In this document: positions 40,585-49,579 of the stretch, piece by piece
How positions within the stretch are numbered: the first letter of the stretch is position 1
How the letters are laid out: each line of letters opens with the position of its first letter
Assembly (NCBI GenBank): GCA_963741905.1
Contig: CAVUJZ010000002.1
Location: forward strand, 8,599 to 72,598
Direction of reading: 5' to 3'
DNA: 64,000 bases
Source of the DNA: an uncultured Acidobacteriota bacterium
GTDB lineage: Bacteria; Acidobacteriota; Thermoanaerobaculia; Gp7-AA8; CAVUJZ01
The notes under the pieces: generated by a model
Database searches by the model: none
What the model saw: the letters and a program-made list of their open reading frames with translations, nothing else
What the model was told of the DNA's origin: nothing
Translations under genes and position numbers: made by a program

Positions 40585-41061
40585 ATGAAGGGCAAACGCG
40601 AGATCATCGACATTCTCAATGACGTGCTCACCGCCGAGCTGACCGCGATCAACCAGTACTTCGTCCATTCGGAGATGTGCGAGAACTGGGGCTATCAGCG
40701 GCTTCACGAGACGATCCGGAAGCATTCGATCGGCGAGATGAAGCACGCGGAGGAGGTCATCGAGCGCGTCCTGTTCCTCGACGGGGTTCCCAACGTTCAG
40801 CGCCTCGGAAAGGTCAACATCGGCGAGACCGTCCAGGAGCAGCTGAAGGTCGACCTCGCCCTGGAGATGGACGCCCTGCCCCGGCTTTCGTCAGGGATCG
40901 AGACGTGCCGCAAGGAAGGTGACCATGGAAGCCGGATTCTGCTGGAGAAGATCCTGGCGGAAGAGGAAGAGCACGTCGACTGGCTGGAGGCGCAGCACGA
41001 CCAGATCAGGCAGATGGGACTGGAGAACTACCTGGCCAATCAGGCCCGGGACGACGACTGA
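40585..41061 (+). CDS. bfr: Bacterioferritin
   Basis: AAGGAGGA lies upstream of ATG 40585. It reads MKGKREIIDILNDVLTAELTAINQYFVHSEMCENWGY...IGEMKHAEEVIERVLFLDG...LAEEEEHVDWLEAQ. Confidence 0.9.
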   Translation: MKGKREIIDILNDVLTAELTAINQYFVHSEMCENWGYQRLHETIRKHSIGEMKHAEEVIERVLFLDGVPNVQRLGKVNIGETVQEQLKVDLALEMDALPRLSSGIETCRKEGDHGSRILLEKILAEEEEHVDWLEAQHDQIRQMGLENYLANQARDDD

Positions 41062-41111
41062 CGATCGGCGATCGGCCGTTGCGGCAGGATCCGCGTCTGC
41101 ATCGCAGGCTC

Positions 41112-41360
41112 CTACGGAGCGATGATGCCGGCCGCGTGGCGGTCGCGATCCGGGGTGATCGCAGAGAGGATCTCAGCCTCTCTGCAGAGAGCGTCCGACG
41201 CTGCAGCCCTCGCCTCGAGGATGGCGCGCAGCATCGGATGGCAGGAGCGGCACCCGGTTCCGATGCCACAGGCCTGCAGGTCCCGGACGGTGGAGGCGCC
41301 GTGATCGATGGCGGCGTGAATGTCGCGATCGGAGGTTCCGGTGCAGAGACAGACAATCAT
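41112..41360 (-). CDS. bfd: Bacterioferritin-associated ferredoxin (BFD-like 2Fe-2S domain)
   Basis: MIVCLCTGTSDRDIHAAI...CGIGTGCRSCHPML shows the C-x-C...C-x-x-C pattern. Confidence 0.8.
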   Translation of the reverse strand: MIVCLCTGTSDRDIHAAIDHGASTVRDLQACGIGTGCRSCHPMLRAILEARAAASDALCREAEILSAITPDRDRHAAGIIAP

Positions 41361-41375
41361 GGTAGGCCCTTTACG

Positions 41376-41392
41376 TTGAGACTGAGTCTCAA
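41376..41392. promoter_or_regulatory. Perfect 8-1-8 palindrome TTGAGACT-g-AGTCTCAA, a candidate operator in the bfd / ligD-pol divergent region
   Basis: I verified the palindrome by reverse complement. It lies 16-32 nt upstream of the bfd ATG (41360, minus). Confidence 0.4.
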
Positions 41393-41479
41393 ATGCATTC
41401 TACCCCCCACAACCATCCTGTCCACTCTTCGATTCCCCCCTCCCCCCTGGCCTGCTCACTGCAGGCGTAGACTCCCGTC

Positions 41480-42415
41480 ATGCCCGCCAAACGCGTCATC
41501 CCCGACGACCGGGACCACATCGGTGTCCGCCTCGCCGACCGGCTGGTCAATCTCACCAACCTCCAGAAACCCTTCTTCAAACAGCTCGCCCTGACCAAGG
41601 GCGACCTCCTCCAGTACTACCTCGAGATCTCGCACTTCCTTCTCCCCCACCTGATCGACCGCCCCATGGTGATGAAGCGTTATCCCAACGGTGCCGAGGG
41701 AAAGCACTTCTTCATGAAACGCGCACCGTCGCCCCGACCGAAATGGATCCAGATCTGCGACATCCGGCATCGAAATGCCGGCATGGTCAACTACCCCGTC
41801 GTTCAGGACCTGCCAACCCTGATGTGGATCATCAATCTCGGCTGCATCGACCTGAACCCCTGGTATGGCCGCTGCGACGACGTCGATCGGCCCGACTACC
41901 TCCACTTCGACCTCGATCCCGTCCCCGGCGCCGACTTCGGCCGCGTCCGGGAGGTCGCCCTGCTGGTCCGTGACACCCTCGAATCCCTCGGGATGCGCTC
42001 CTGGGCAAAAACCACAGGCTCACGCGGCATTCACGTCTACGTCCCCATCCGTCGCGACCTGGTCCAGAAGGAAGTCTGGACGATCGCCAAAGCGATTGCG
42101 AAGGAGCTCGAGGCACGTCATCCGAAGCTGGTGACCGCGGAGTACCGCAAGGCCAAACGTCCCCGAGGCCGGATCAACGTGGACTACAACCAGAATGCCT
42201 GGGGCCGCACCCTCGCCAGCGTCTACTCGGTTCGCCCCACCCCCGAAGCCACCGTCTCGATGCCGGTGAACTGGGAGGAGGTCGAAGCCGGAGTCGCCAT
42301 CACCGACTTCAACATTCTCAACACACCAGGTCTTCTCCGCGAGCGGGGCGACCTCTGGAAACCTCTCCTCGGAAAGCGCCGCTTCGATCTCCGCAAGATC
42401 GTCGGCTCACTCTGA
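41480..42415 (+). CDS. LigD-type NHEJ polymerase/primase domain protein (stand-alone)
   Basis: It reads LTNLQKPFF...LTKGDLLQYY...RPMVMKRYPNG...DLDP...KTTGSRGIHVYVP...VDYNQNAWGRTLASVYSVRP. Confidence 0.85.
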   Translation: MPAKRVIPDDRDHIGVRLADRLVNLTNLQKPFFKQLALTKGDLLQYYLEISHFLLPHLIDRPMVMKRYPNGAEGKHFFMKRAPSPRPKWIQICDIRHRNAGMVNYPVVQDLPTLMWIINLGCIDLNPWYGRCDDVDRPDYLHFDLDPVPGADFGRVREVALLVRDTLESLGMRSWAKTTGSRGIHVYVPIRRDLVQKEVWTIAKAIAKELEARHPKLVTAEYRKAKRPRGRINVDYNQNAWGRTLASVYSVRPTPEATVSMPVNWEEVEAGVAITDFNILNTPGLLRERGDLWKPLLGKRRFDLRKIVGSL

Positions 42416-42445
42416 GGAGGCTCCGGAGACGGAGCGGGCGATCGG

Positions 42446-43579
42446 GTGGCTCTCCCGGGTGCGCGATTTGCTCGGTTCTTTGCCATGACACGCACTGAAT
42501 CACGCTCCCCGGCCTCTCGCGCTCCTCAGATCGAGGAAGGGGGCTTCCCCAGTCTCGATCTCCCGCTGCCACTCCCCTATCCGCCGATGGAAGCGAAGCG
42601 AGCCGACCGGATCCCCGGGAGTAAAGGGTGGCTTTTCGAGCCGAAGTGGGACGGGTTCCGCGCGGTGATCTTCCGGTCCGGCGACGAGGTGGTGATCCAG
42701 TCGAAGGCAGGGCAACCGCTCGGTCGCTATTTCCCTGAGCTCGTCGATGCGGCCCGGCGGCTCAAGCCCGACCCGTTCGTCATCGACGGCGAGATCGTCG
42801 TGCCGGTCGAGGGGCGACTTTCATTCGACGACCTCCTGCTGAGGATCCACCCCGCCGCATCCAGGGTGGAGAAGCTCTCCCGCGAGATTCCAGCCGAAGT
42901 CTTCGTGTTCGATCTGCTTCACGAGCGCGGATCGGGGACGGTGCTCGCGGAACGACCTCTTCGCGAGCGGCGCAAGCGCCTCGAGCGCTTCTTCCGTTCG
43001 ATTCCCGACGACACCTCCTTCAAGCTCTCTCCCGCCACCGAAGACCCGCGGATCGCCCGGGACTGGTTCGACAACTACGGCAGCCAGGGGCTGGACGGAA
43101 TCATCGCCAAGCGGATCGACGAGCCCTATCACTCCGGCGATCGCGAGGGCATGGTGAAGATCAAGAACCTGCGCACCGCCGATTGCGTGGTGGGAGGTTA
43201 TCGAACATCCTCGCGCGGTGAGGGCGTGGGATCGCTTCTCCTCGGTCTGTTCGATTCCGAAGGCCGGCTCCATTTCGTCGGCCATACGTCATCCTTCTCG
43301 TCCACCGAGCGTCTCGAGCTGGAGTCGCTCCTGGAGCCTCTGCGGGGAGACAACCCCTTCTCCGTTCGGGTTCCGGGAGGTCCGAGCCGCTGGGCGTCCG
43401 AGCGCAGCTCGGAATGGAATCCTCTCCGCGCGGAACGGGTCTGCGAAGTTCGCTACGATCATTTCAGCCAGGGGCGGTTCCGCCATGCGACGAAATTTCT
43501 CCGATGGCGACCGGAGAAGAATCCGAAGCAGTGCACGATGAAGCAGGTTCAGAAGAGCGTTCCGATGCCGGAGCGGTGA
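42446..43579 (+). CDS. ATP-dependent DNA ligase (LigD ligase-domain type)
   Basis: It has adenylation motif I, EPKWDGFRA. Other motifs are FDLL, DGIIAKR and KIKN, with an OB-fold tail. The start is uncertain, at 42446 or ATG 42485. Confidence 0.85.
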   Translation: MALPGARFARFFAMTRTESRSPASRAPQIEEGGFPSLDLPLPLPYPPMEAKRADRIPGSKGWLFEPKWDGFRAVIFRSGDEVVIQSKAGQPLGRYFPELVDAARRLKPDPFVIDGEIVVPVEGRLSFDDLLLRIHPAASRVEKLSREIPAEVFVFDLLHERGSGTVLAERPLRERRKRLERFFRSIPDDTSFKLSPATEDPRIARDWFDNYGSQGLDGIIAKRIDEPYHSGDREGMVKIKNLRTADCVVGGYRTSSRGEGVGSLLLGLFDSEGRLHFVGHTSSFSSTERLELESLLEPLRGDNPFSVRVPGGPSRWASERSSEWNPLRAERVCEVRYDHFSQGRFRHATKFLRWRPEKNPKQCTMKQVQKSVPMPER

Positions 43580-43667
43580 GAGCGCTGGCTTCCCTCCCTC
43601 GAAACATCCTCGAAAACTCCTCGGGCATTCAAAATTTTGGCTCCCGCCCCCCTGTTCCTGGTGCGCG

Positions 43668-45089
43668 GTGAAGATCAGGACTGCAGCGGTCGCTCTTCTC
43701 GTTCTCTGCAGCGGTCTCGCGATGGCCGGCGAGCCGCAGGTTCCTCCGGTCCACATTGCGATGGCCCAGCCTTCGAGTCTGGTCCACGGCGACCTCCGGG
43801 TGCCGGTGCTTGCGGATCCTCGGGTCGAACGGATCGAACTGCGGATCAACAACGTGCCGTTCGATCAGAAAGAGGGGCGGGCCGCGGTGTTCACCGTTCC
43901 GGTGGGGCGCTACCTCCGCCGACTTCGCATCCGTGCGATCGGCTATGGCCTGGCGGATCAGGTTGTGGGGCAGGACGAGATCATGATCAACGATCCCCAG
44001 CCCCCGTTTCGGATCTCACTCCAGGTTCCGCCCCACCTCCCGGAGGACGGCGCAGGAGAGGTGACTTTTTCGGCGAATGTCAGCGTTCCTCCATCGACCG
44101 AAATCGACGGGGTGGACTTCTTTCTCGGTGAGACGAAGATCGGGACCGACAGAGAGCCACCATTTGCGATCAGCGTGAATCCCTCCGCCGTTCCGGATGC
44201 GATCTACGCCCGCGCGGTGCTGCGAACCACCGGCGGGGAAGAAGCGAATGATGTCCAGTTCTTCGGTGCCGCCGCGAGTGACAAGGTGGAGGTCGTGCTT
44301 CAGCAGATTCCGCTCTCTCTGGCGGGACAGCTCCCTGACCGGCCGCTTCAGGCGTCCGACATCACCCTTCTGGACAACGGCGACCCGCACCCCATCGAGT
44401 CGCTGACCCCGGCCTCCGACCAGCCTCTGCATCTGATCCTGCTGCTGGACTCCTCCGAGAGCATGATCGAGGAACTGCCGGTCGTGCAGAAAGCGGCCCG
44501 CGAGTTCGCTCGGGCGATGCTCCATGGAAGGAACGAGATCGCGGTGGTCGCCTTTCATCAGCGCACCTTCTGGCTCACTCCGTTCACCTCCGATCTGAAC
44601 GAGATCGATCGCGCGATCGATCAGATCCGGCCCCGGGGTCAGACCCACCTCTACGATGCGGTGATCGAGATGCTGTTCGAGCTCCAGAAACAGCCGGGCC
44701 GGCGGGCCCTGGTGGTTCTGTCGGACGGAGTGAACGAGGGCGGAACCTTCGAGCTCGATCACGTGATCCACTACGCACGCTACTCCGGCGTTCCCGTCTA
44801 TCCGATCATCCGAAACACCCTGCTTTCCCGTCTGATGCGATTCGGCCTCTCCTTTTTCGAGGCGAACCGATTCGCGAAAATCGCGGAAGAGTCGGGCGCA
44901 ACCTACTTCATCATCCGGGATCCCCGCCAGCTCAGCGGCGTCTACGCTGCGATCGCCAATGAGCTCCGCCAGCAGTACCTGGTCAGCTTCTACGCTCAGA
45001 CCTCCGGCTATGACCAGTGGCATACCCTCGGAATCCGAAGCTCCATTCGGGGACTCGAGCCGCGGATTCCCCGCGGTTACTTTCCGTAG
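43668..45089 (+). CDS. Secreted von Willebrand factor A (VWA) domain protein
   Basis: It has signal peptide AAVALLVLCSGLAMAG, a MIDAS-like LLLDSSESM, and ...VVLSDGVNEGG. From memory it resembles the acidobacterial VWFA-related family. Confidence 0.75.
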   Translation: MKIRTAAVALLVLCSGLAMAGEPQVPPVHIAMAQPSSLVHGDLRVPVLADPRVERIELRINNVPFDQKEGRAAVFTVPVGRYLRRLRIRAIGYGLADQVVGQDEIMINDPQPPFRISLQVPPHLPEDGAGEVTFSANVSVPPSTEIDGVDFFLGETKIGTDREPPFAISVNPSAVPDAIYARAVLRTTGGEEANDVQFFGAAASDKVEVVLQQIPLSLAGQLPDRPLQASDITLLDNGDPHPIESLTPASDQPLHLILLLDSSESMIEELPVVQKAAREFARAMLHGRNEIAVVAFHQRTFWLTPFTSDLNEIDRAIDQIRPRGQTHLYDAVIEMLFELQKQPGRRALVVLSDGVNEGGTFELDHVIHYARYSGVPVYPIIRNTLLSRLMRFGLSFFEANRFAKIAEESGATYFIIRDPRQLSGVYAAIANELRQQYLVSFYAQTSGYDQWHTLGIRSSIRGLEPRIPRGYFP

Positions 45090-45272
45090 TCCGAATCTCG
45101 ATCGCAGCGTCCGCGGCAGATCGCAGCGGCGGCGGAAGCGGATCCGCGGCCTGGCCGATTCCGTGGCCTCCCAGCCGGGGGCACCCTCCCCGTCGCGACA
45201 TGGACAGGGTGATCAGTGCGAGCCGGCCCGACGGTTCGCGGCATGTGATGTGAACGTATACCGGCCGGAGGA

Positions 45273-46418
45273 GTGATCATTCGAAGCTCGGACCCTCAGG
45301 CCCTGTTGCCCCCGCCACGGCCCCGTCGATGGAGATCGCGTGGGTTGACTCCCGCTCAGGAGAGGCTTTTTCACTGGGTCGCGATCCTCTTCGTTCTGCT
45401 GATGGTGTTCGGCTGGGTGATCGCGGTGGTCGAGGCGAATCGGCCGGTGCCGGCTCCGGCCACGCCGAGCGCTCCCATCTCCGCACCGATGGCCTCGGGC
45501 GTCCTCGACGCCGATGCGCCTACCCTGGCATTTCTCAACGAAGCGAGCCTTCGTCTGGTTGACCCGTTGAGGGGGTACAGCGGCAAGATCAACACGGCGA
45601 TCGTCCCTCCCGGCTCTCATCTCGACGTGGCTCCACCGGCCGAGGAAGGGCTGCGGGCACGGTTCACCAGTTCGAAGGGAGAGGTGGTGGAGAGCCCGGG
45701 GTTCGATGCACCTGAACGGCCGGGACTCTGGGAATTCGGCCTCGAGCTCAACCGCCTCCAGCGTGGAATCGACGACTTTCAGGTCATCACCCTCGTCCCA
45801 TTCTCCAAAAAGAAGGAGGGGCGGATCGGCCCCTACTATCTCGGTCAGTGGCCGTTCGAATCCGGAGGAAAGCCGAAAACTCCGGCCTACGAAGACCCGG
45901 AAGGCTTCATTGAAGTCACGCCCCAGAACCAGAATCTCTGGGTCTCGGAGCACTTCCAGTTGAAGGATTTTCTGACCCACGGCCAGGGAGATGTCTGGCC
46001 GAAGTACCTTCTGCTCAGCCCCCGCCTGCTCGACAAGCTGGAGCTGACTATCGATGAGCTTCAGAGGGAGGGGATCGAGGTGAAGCACGTGAAGATCATG
46101 AGCGGGTTCCGTACTCCCCGATACAATCATTCCGGAGGAGATCCGACGGGCCGGGCCAACCTCAGTCGCCACATGTACGGTGATGCCTCGGACATCTTCG
46201 TGGACAACGATCGGAACAACTGGACCGACGACGTCAACGGGGACGGCAAGATCACGACGGAGGACTCGAAGGTGGTCGCACGCGCGGCCGAAGCCGTCGA
46301 ACGTCGCTATCCCGCTCTGGTCGGAGGGATCGGAATCTATCCCGGTTGCTGCGGCCACGGGCCGATGACGCACATCGACGTCCGTGGGTACAAAGCCCGC
46401 TGGACTTACCACCCCTGA
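45273..46418 (+). CDS. Membrane-anchored peptidase M15A / DUF882-like metallopeptidase
   Basis: It has an N-terminal TM segment (WVAILFVLLMVFGWVIAVV). The C-terminal SGFRTPRYN...SRHMYGDASDIFV...HIDVR pattern is that of Zn D,D-peptidase-like enzymes. The start codon is uncertain. Confidence 0.65.
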   Translation: MIIRSSDPQALLPPPRPRRWRSRGLTPAQERLFHWVAILFVLLMVFGWVIAVVEANRPVPAPATPSAPISAPMASGVLDADAPTLAFLNEASLRLVDPLRGYSGKINTAIVPPGSHLDVAPPAEEGLRARFTSSKGEVVESPGFDAPERPGLWEFGLELNRLQRGIDDFQVITLVPFSKKKEGRIGPYYLGQWPFESGGKPKTPAYEDPEGFIEVTPQNQNLWVSEHFQLKDFLTHGQGDVWPKYLLLSPRLLDKLELTIDELQREGIEVKHVKIMSGFRTPRYNHSGGDPTGRANLSRHMYGDASDIFVDNDRNNWTDDVNGDGKITTEDSKVVARAAEAVERRYPALVGGIGIYPGCCGHGPMTHIDVRGYKARWTYHP

Positions 46419-46496
46419 GGGGGCGACACACGCCCTGCCGGCCCGCGTCCGGGAATCAGGCAGGTAGCATGCATTACCCACGGCAGGAGGCTACGT

Positions 46497-46979
46497 GTGC
46501 AACAGGAAATGACGAGCTGCCCCGACTGTGGATCGGAACGGGACAGCAGCGAGGTCTGCAGAGCTTGTGGAGCCCCGCCGGTGGATGACCGGAGGGAGGA
46601 TGTCGAGGCGCCGGTGCCGGGAGTTCGCACCACGGATCTGGAGCCGTACGTCGCACTGCGATATATCGCCCGGCTGTTCCGGATCCTCGCCGTGCTGATG
46701 CTGATCATGCTGGTCGGCGAGATCGTCACCGGCCTGATGATGCAGGGCCAGGCGGCAGTGATGACGCTCCTGGGTGAGGCCACCCGAATGTTCGTTGCCG
46801 CCGGTCTGCTCTGGGCCGCGGGCGACATCGCCGTGCTGCTGATCGATCTCGGGCACGACATCCGCGTCTCCCGGATCCTTCTCGGCAGGATCAACGCCGA
46901 GATGTACCGCCAGGGAGCGGGAATCGACGTCCCCCGGCGCAGGTCCGAATCCGAAACCCGCGAAGAACTGCGCCACTGA
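46497..46979 (+). CDS. Zinc-ribbon plus two-TM hypothetical membrane protein
   Basis: CPDCG...CRACG at the N-terminus is followed by two hydrophobic helices. Confidence 0.5.
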   Translation: MQQEMTSCPDCGSERDSSEVCRACGAPPVDDRREDVEAPVPGVRTTDLEPYVALRYIARLFRILAVLMLIMLVGEIVTGLMMQGQAAVMTLLGEATRMFVAAGLLWAAGDIAVLLIDLGHDIRVSRILLGRINAEMYRQGAGIDVPRRRSESETREELRH

Positions 46980-47140
46980 GGTCAGGGCATCGCCCGACAG
47001 CGGGTCAGGCGGAGGACGCGACGCGTGCTTCGCCGGGCCCCCTTTGTGCCCCGAGCCGAAAATTTCGGGGCAACCAGTTGCGATCCTCCTCCGAACTCGG
47101 TATGTTTGTTATTCTGAATTTCTGATCGAGTGGAGGATGC

Positions 47141-47695
47141 ATGGCCCGAAAATTTTCACTGTTCCTGATACTGCTTCTGATCCTCGCGACCGCGCTTCCC
47201 CTGCTGGCGAAGGGGGTCGACAAGGACAATCTCGACGAATACGGCCGGGGAATCATCGAGGATTACAGCGATATGGAGCCCGGTGAGCCGATCGAATGGC
47301 AGTGGGTTGCCCCTGGAGTGAACCTGCACGACTACCGGATCGACGTCGGTGAGTTCCAGAACCTCTCCAAGGTCAACGACTCACGGATGCTCGAGACCCT
47401 CGAGGACGGGCTCTCCAAGGCCTTCGAACGCACTGCAAAGAAGGGCGAGAAGAAGGGAACCCTCACCACCGAGAATGCGGTGTTCTGGGCCGAGCGCGGA
47501 AACAGCGCCAAGCGCTGGATCCCCTATGCCGGCGACCATCTCGCCCAGGCCGGAATCGGCGTCGAGATGATCTTCAAGGACAAGAACGGAAAAGTGGTTG
47601 CGAAGATCCGGCACTCCGGCCGCGAAGGCGGCCAACCTGCGGACGCAGCGTGGGAACTGCTCGATGAGATCGCCGACTGGGTGCATAATCACTGA
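47141..47695 (+). CDS. Secreted hypothetical protein
   Basis: It has signal peptide FSLFLILLLILATALPLLAKG, GGAGGA upstream of the ATG, and a strong terminator downstream. Confidence 0.6.
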   Translation: MARKFSLFLILLLILATALPLLAKGVDKDNLDEYGRGIIEDYSDMEPGEPIEWQWVAPGVNLHDYRIDVGEFQNLSKVNDSRMLETLEDGLSKAFERTAKKGEKKGTLTTENAVFWAERGNSAKRWIPYAGDHLAQAGIGVEMIFKDKNGKVVAKIRHSGREGGQPADAAWELLDEIADWVHNH

Positions 47696-47726
47696 GCTCC
47701 AGTCGCAGCCCGCCTCACGAAAGAAA

Positions 47727-47752
47727 GGCGAGCCCTCGGGCTCGCCTTTTTT
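47727..47752. terminator. Bidirectional intrinsic terminator between convergent genes
   Basis: The hairpin is GGCGAGCC-ctcg-GGCTCGCC followed by TTTTTT. An A-rich tract (gaaagaaa) precedes it, so it also works on the minus strand. Confidence 0.8.
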
Positions 47753-47773
47753 CGTCCTCGATCGGGCAACAGA

Positions 47774-48913
47774 TCAGACCGGAGGAGAGATCGCCGAGTA
47801 CATCACTTCGCGAATCTCACTGAATACATCCTCGGCCGGAACCCCCTTCTCCCGATAGGTCGAGGCCCGCTTGGTGAGCTGCTCGATGGTCTTCTCGTCG
47901 AGCGCGCGGAAATCGATGGTCCGGTCATTGAGCTCACAGAACGCCACCAGAGCGGCGACCGCCAACCTTCGGTTCGCCGAATGGAATGGCAGGTTCTGGA
48001 CCAGAGCGAAAAAGAACGCCGCCGCCTTTTCGAAGAAACGGGGATAAGCATCACGACCGAAAATCGTCGCCTGGGGTCGCTCGACTGCATTCCGCAGCGC
48101 GAAATCGGAATCGACTTCTCCGGGCTGGGCCTGGGTTCCACCGAATTCCGCGGCGACCGCCTGATGCAACTCGATCAGCTCGTCGATGGTGAGATAGCGA
48201 ACCCGCCGCTGATCAGTCCTTGAGCCGCCGGAGAGCTGTAGGATACTTCTGGACAGCCCGCTTGAAGGCGGAGGCGACCCGGGGATTGCTGAATTGGAGC
48301 CGCCCTTTCCGGCTTTCTTTCGACTCCGCTTTGCTGCCGGACTTTTTGCTGCCGGCTTTGCTGCCGGACTTTTTACCGCTGGTTTTCTTGCCGGCGCCTT
48401 CTTTGCGCCTTTTGGAGGCGACGCCTTCTGGACTGCCGGCTTTTTTACCGCCGACTTTTTTACCGCCGACTTTTTTGCCGCTGGCTTTTTTGCTGGCGAT
48501 GCCTTTTTTGCTGATGCTTTTTTTGCTGATGGTTTTTTTGCCGGCGTCTTCCTTGCGGCCTTTCCGGACGACGCCTTTGGGGCCGCCGGCCTTTTTAGTG
48601 CGCCGGCTTTTTTGCCGCTGGCTTTTTTGCTGGCGACGACTTTTTTGCTGACACCTTTTTTGCCGGTGACTTTTTTGCTGACGCCTTTCTTGCTGACGCC
48701 TTGGTTGCGGCTTTCCCGGGCTGCGACTTTTTTGCCGCTGCTTTTTTTGCCGCTGGCTTTGCCGCCGGAGACTTTTTTGCTGCTGCTTTTTTTACTGCTC
48801 TTTTTGCTGGGCTTTTTCCGGCTGCCGGCTTTGCTGCTGGGGCTTGCTTTTTTCTCTCGTTTCTGGCCATCGTTCATCTCGAGCCTCGCTGCAATCGTAG
48901 AGATCCAACTCAC
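47774..48913 (-). CDS. Histone-H1-like Lys/Ala/Ser/Pro-rich N-terminal region (~230 aa) fused to a Doc/Fic-fold domain with a degenerate active-site motif
   Basis: The C-terminal 140 aa align by eye with phage P1 Doc (YLTIDELIELHQAV...ERPQATIFGRDAYPRFFEKAAAFFFALVQNLPFHSANRRLAVAAL). The N-terminus is KKxSxKK/AKKPAAKK low complexity. An alternative start is ATG 48877. Confidence 0.7.
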   Translation of the reverse strand: MSWISTIAARLEMNDGQKREKKASPSSKAGSRKKPSKKSSKKSSSKKVSGGKASGKKSSGKKVAARESRNQGVSKKGVSKKVTGKKGVSKKVVASKKASGKKAGALKRPAAPKASSGKAARKTPAKKPSAKKASAKKASPAKKPAAKKSAVKKSAVKKPAVQKASPPKGAKKAPARKPAVKSPAAKPAAKSPAAKRSRKKAGKGGSNSAIPGSPPPSSGLSRSILQLSGGSRTDQRRVRYLTIDELIELHQAVAAEFGGTQAQPGEVDSDFALRNAVERPQATIFGRDAYPRFFEKAAAFFFALVQNLPFHSANRRLAVAALVAFCELNDRTIDFRALDEKTIEQLTKRASTYREKGVPAEDVFSEIREVMYSAISPPV

Positions 48914-49120
48914 TCACTCAGCTTGGGTTACCGAGAGTCCTCCAGAGATGATTTTGCGATTGCGTCTGGTCGATTGCCTAACCCTGACGTCTTTTTGTAC
49001 ATGAAATTATACATCATTATAAGCGATCCGCGTCCGATCGGTACACAAATCTGGTCGGTTGACCCGGCAGATCCGACAGATTCGCCGGATTTCGGACCGA
49101 TTCCAGCCTCCGCGCCCCAT

Positions 49121-49360
49121 TCACGGTTCAGGGCTGTTCGCCAGAAGGGCTTTCCCCCGTTCGGTCAGCACGAACCGCTCGCCTCCACCGTCCGCAGTCA
49201 GAAACCCCTTCGCCACCAGCCCCCGAAGCGGTTCGTCGCCGCGGTCGACCGGATGCCGGATCGCCCGGAGCTGCCCGACCTCCAGCTCGGTCTGGCCAAC
49301 TCGCCGATACTCCTGCAGAACCCGGATCTCCTCGGGCTTCAGCCCGGCAGGCAACTTCAT
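49121..49360 (-). CDS. Small winged-helix-like hypothetical protein (79 aa)
   Basis: GGAGGAG lies 5 nt upstream of ATG 49360. It reads ...EIRVLQEYRRVGQTELEVGQL...LVAKGFLTADGGGERFVLTERG. Confidence 0.5.
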   Translation of the reverse strand: MKLPAGLKPEEIRVLQEYRRVGQTELEVGQLRAIRHPVDRGDEPLRGLVAKGFLTADGGGERFVLTERGKALLANSPEP

Positions 49361-49579
49361 GCTTCTCCTCCTGCACGCCCAGCAATCGGAACTCGTCTCG
49401 ATCTGGCCGCCTCGTGTAGTACGTTGCAAACAGGTTTGTTGGGCACGATAGTGCCGATCGCAAGGCGCGGCGACGAGTCGACGTGGTTCATCTGCGAGGA
49501 GCTCGCAACGGGGCCCGCGGTACCTTCACGCCTCAACCGTAGGGCGAGGCAGAATGGACCGTATTGACGACGCACTCCG

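Noticed and set aside
48220-48870. A periodic T-rich/GC pattern (gccggcttttttgc...) resembles a short tandem repeat or CRISPR-like array.
   Set aside because: It is the antisense of the Lys/Ala-rich (AAG/AAA-GCC) coding low-complexity tail of the gene at 47774..48913. The periodicity is irregular and there is no repeat-spacer structure.
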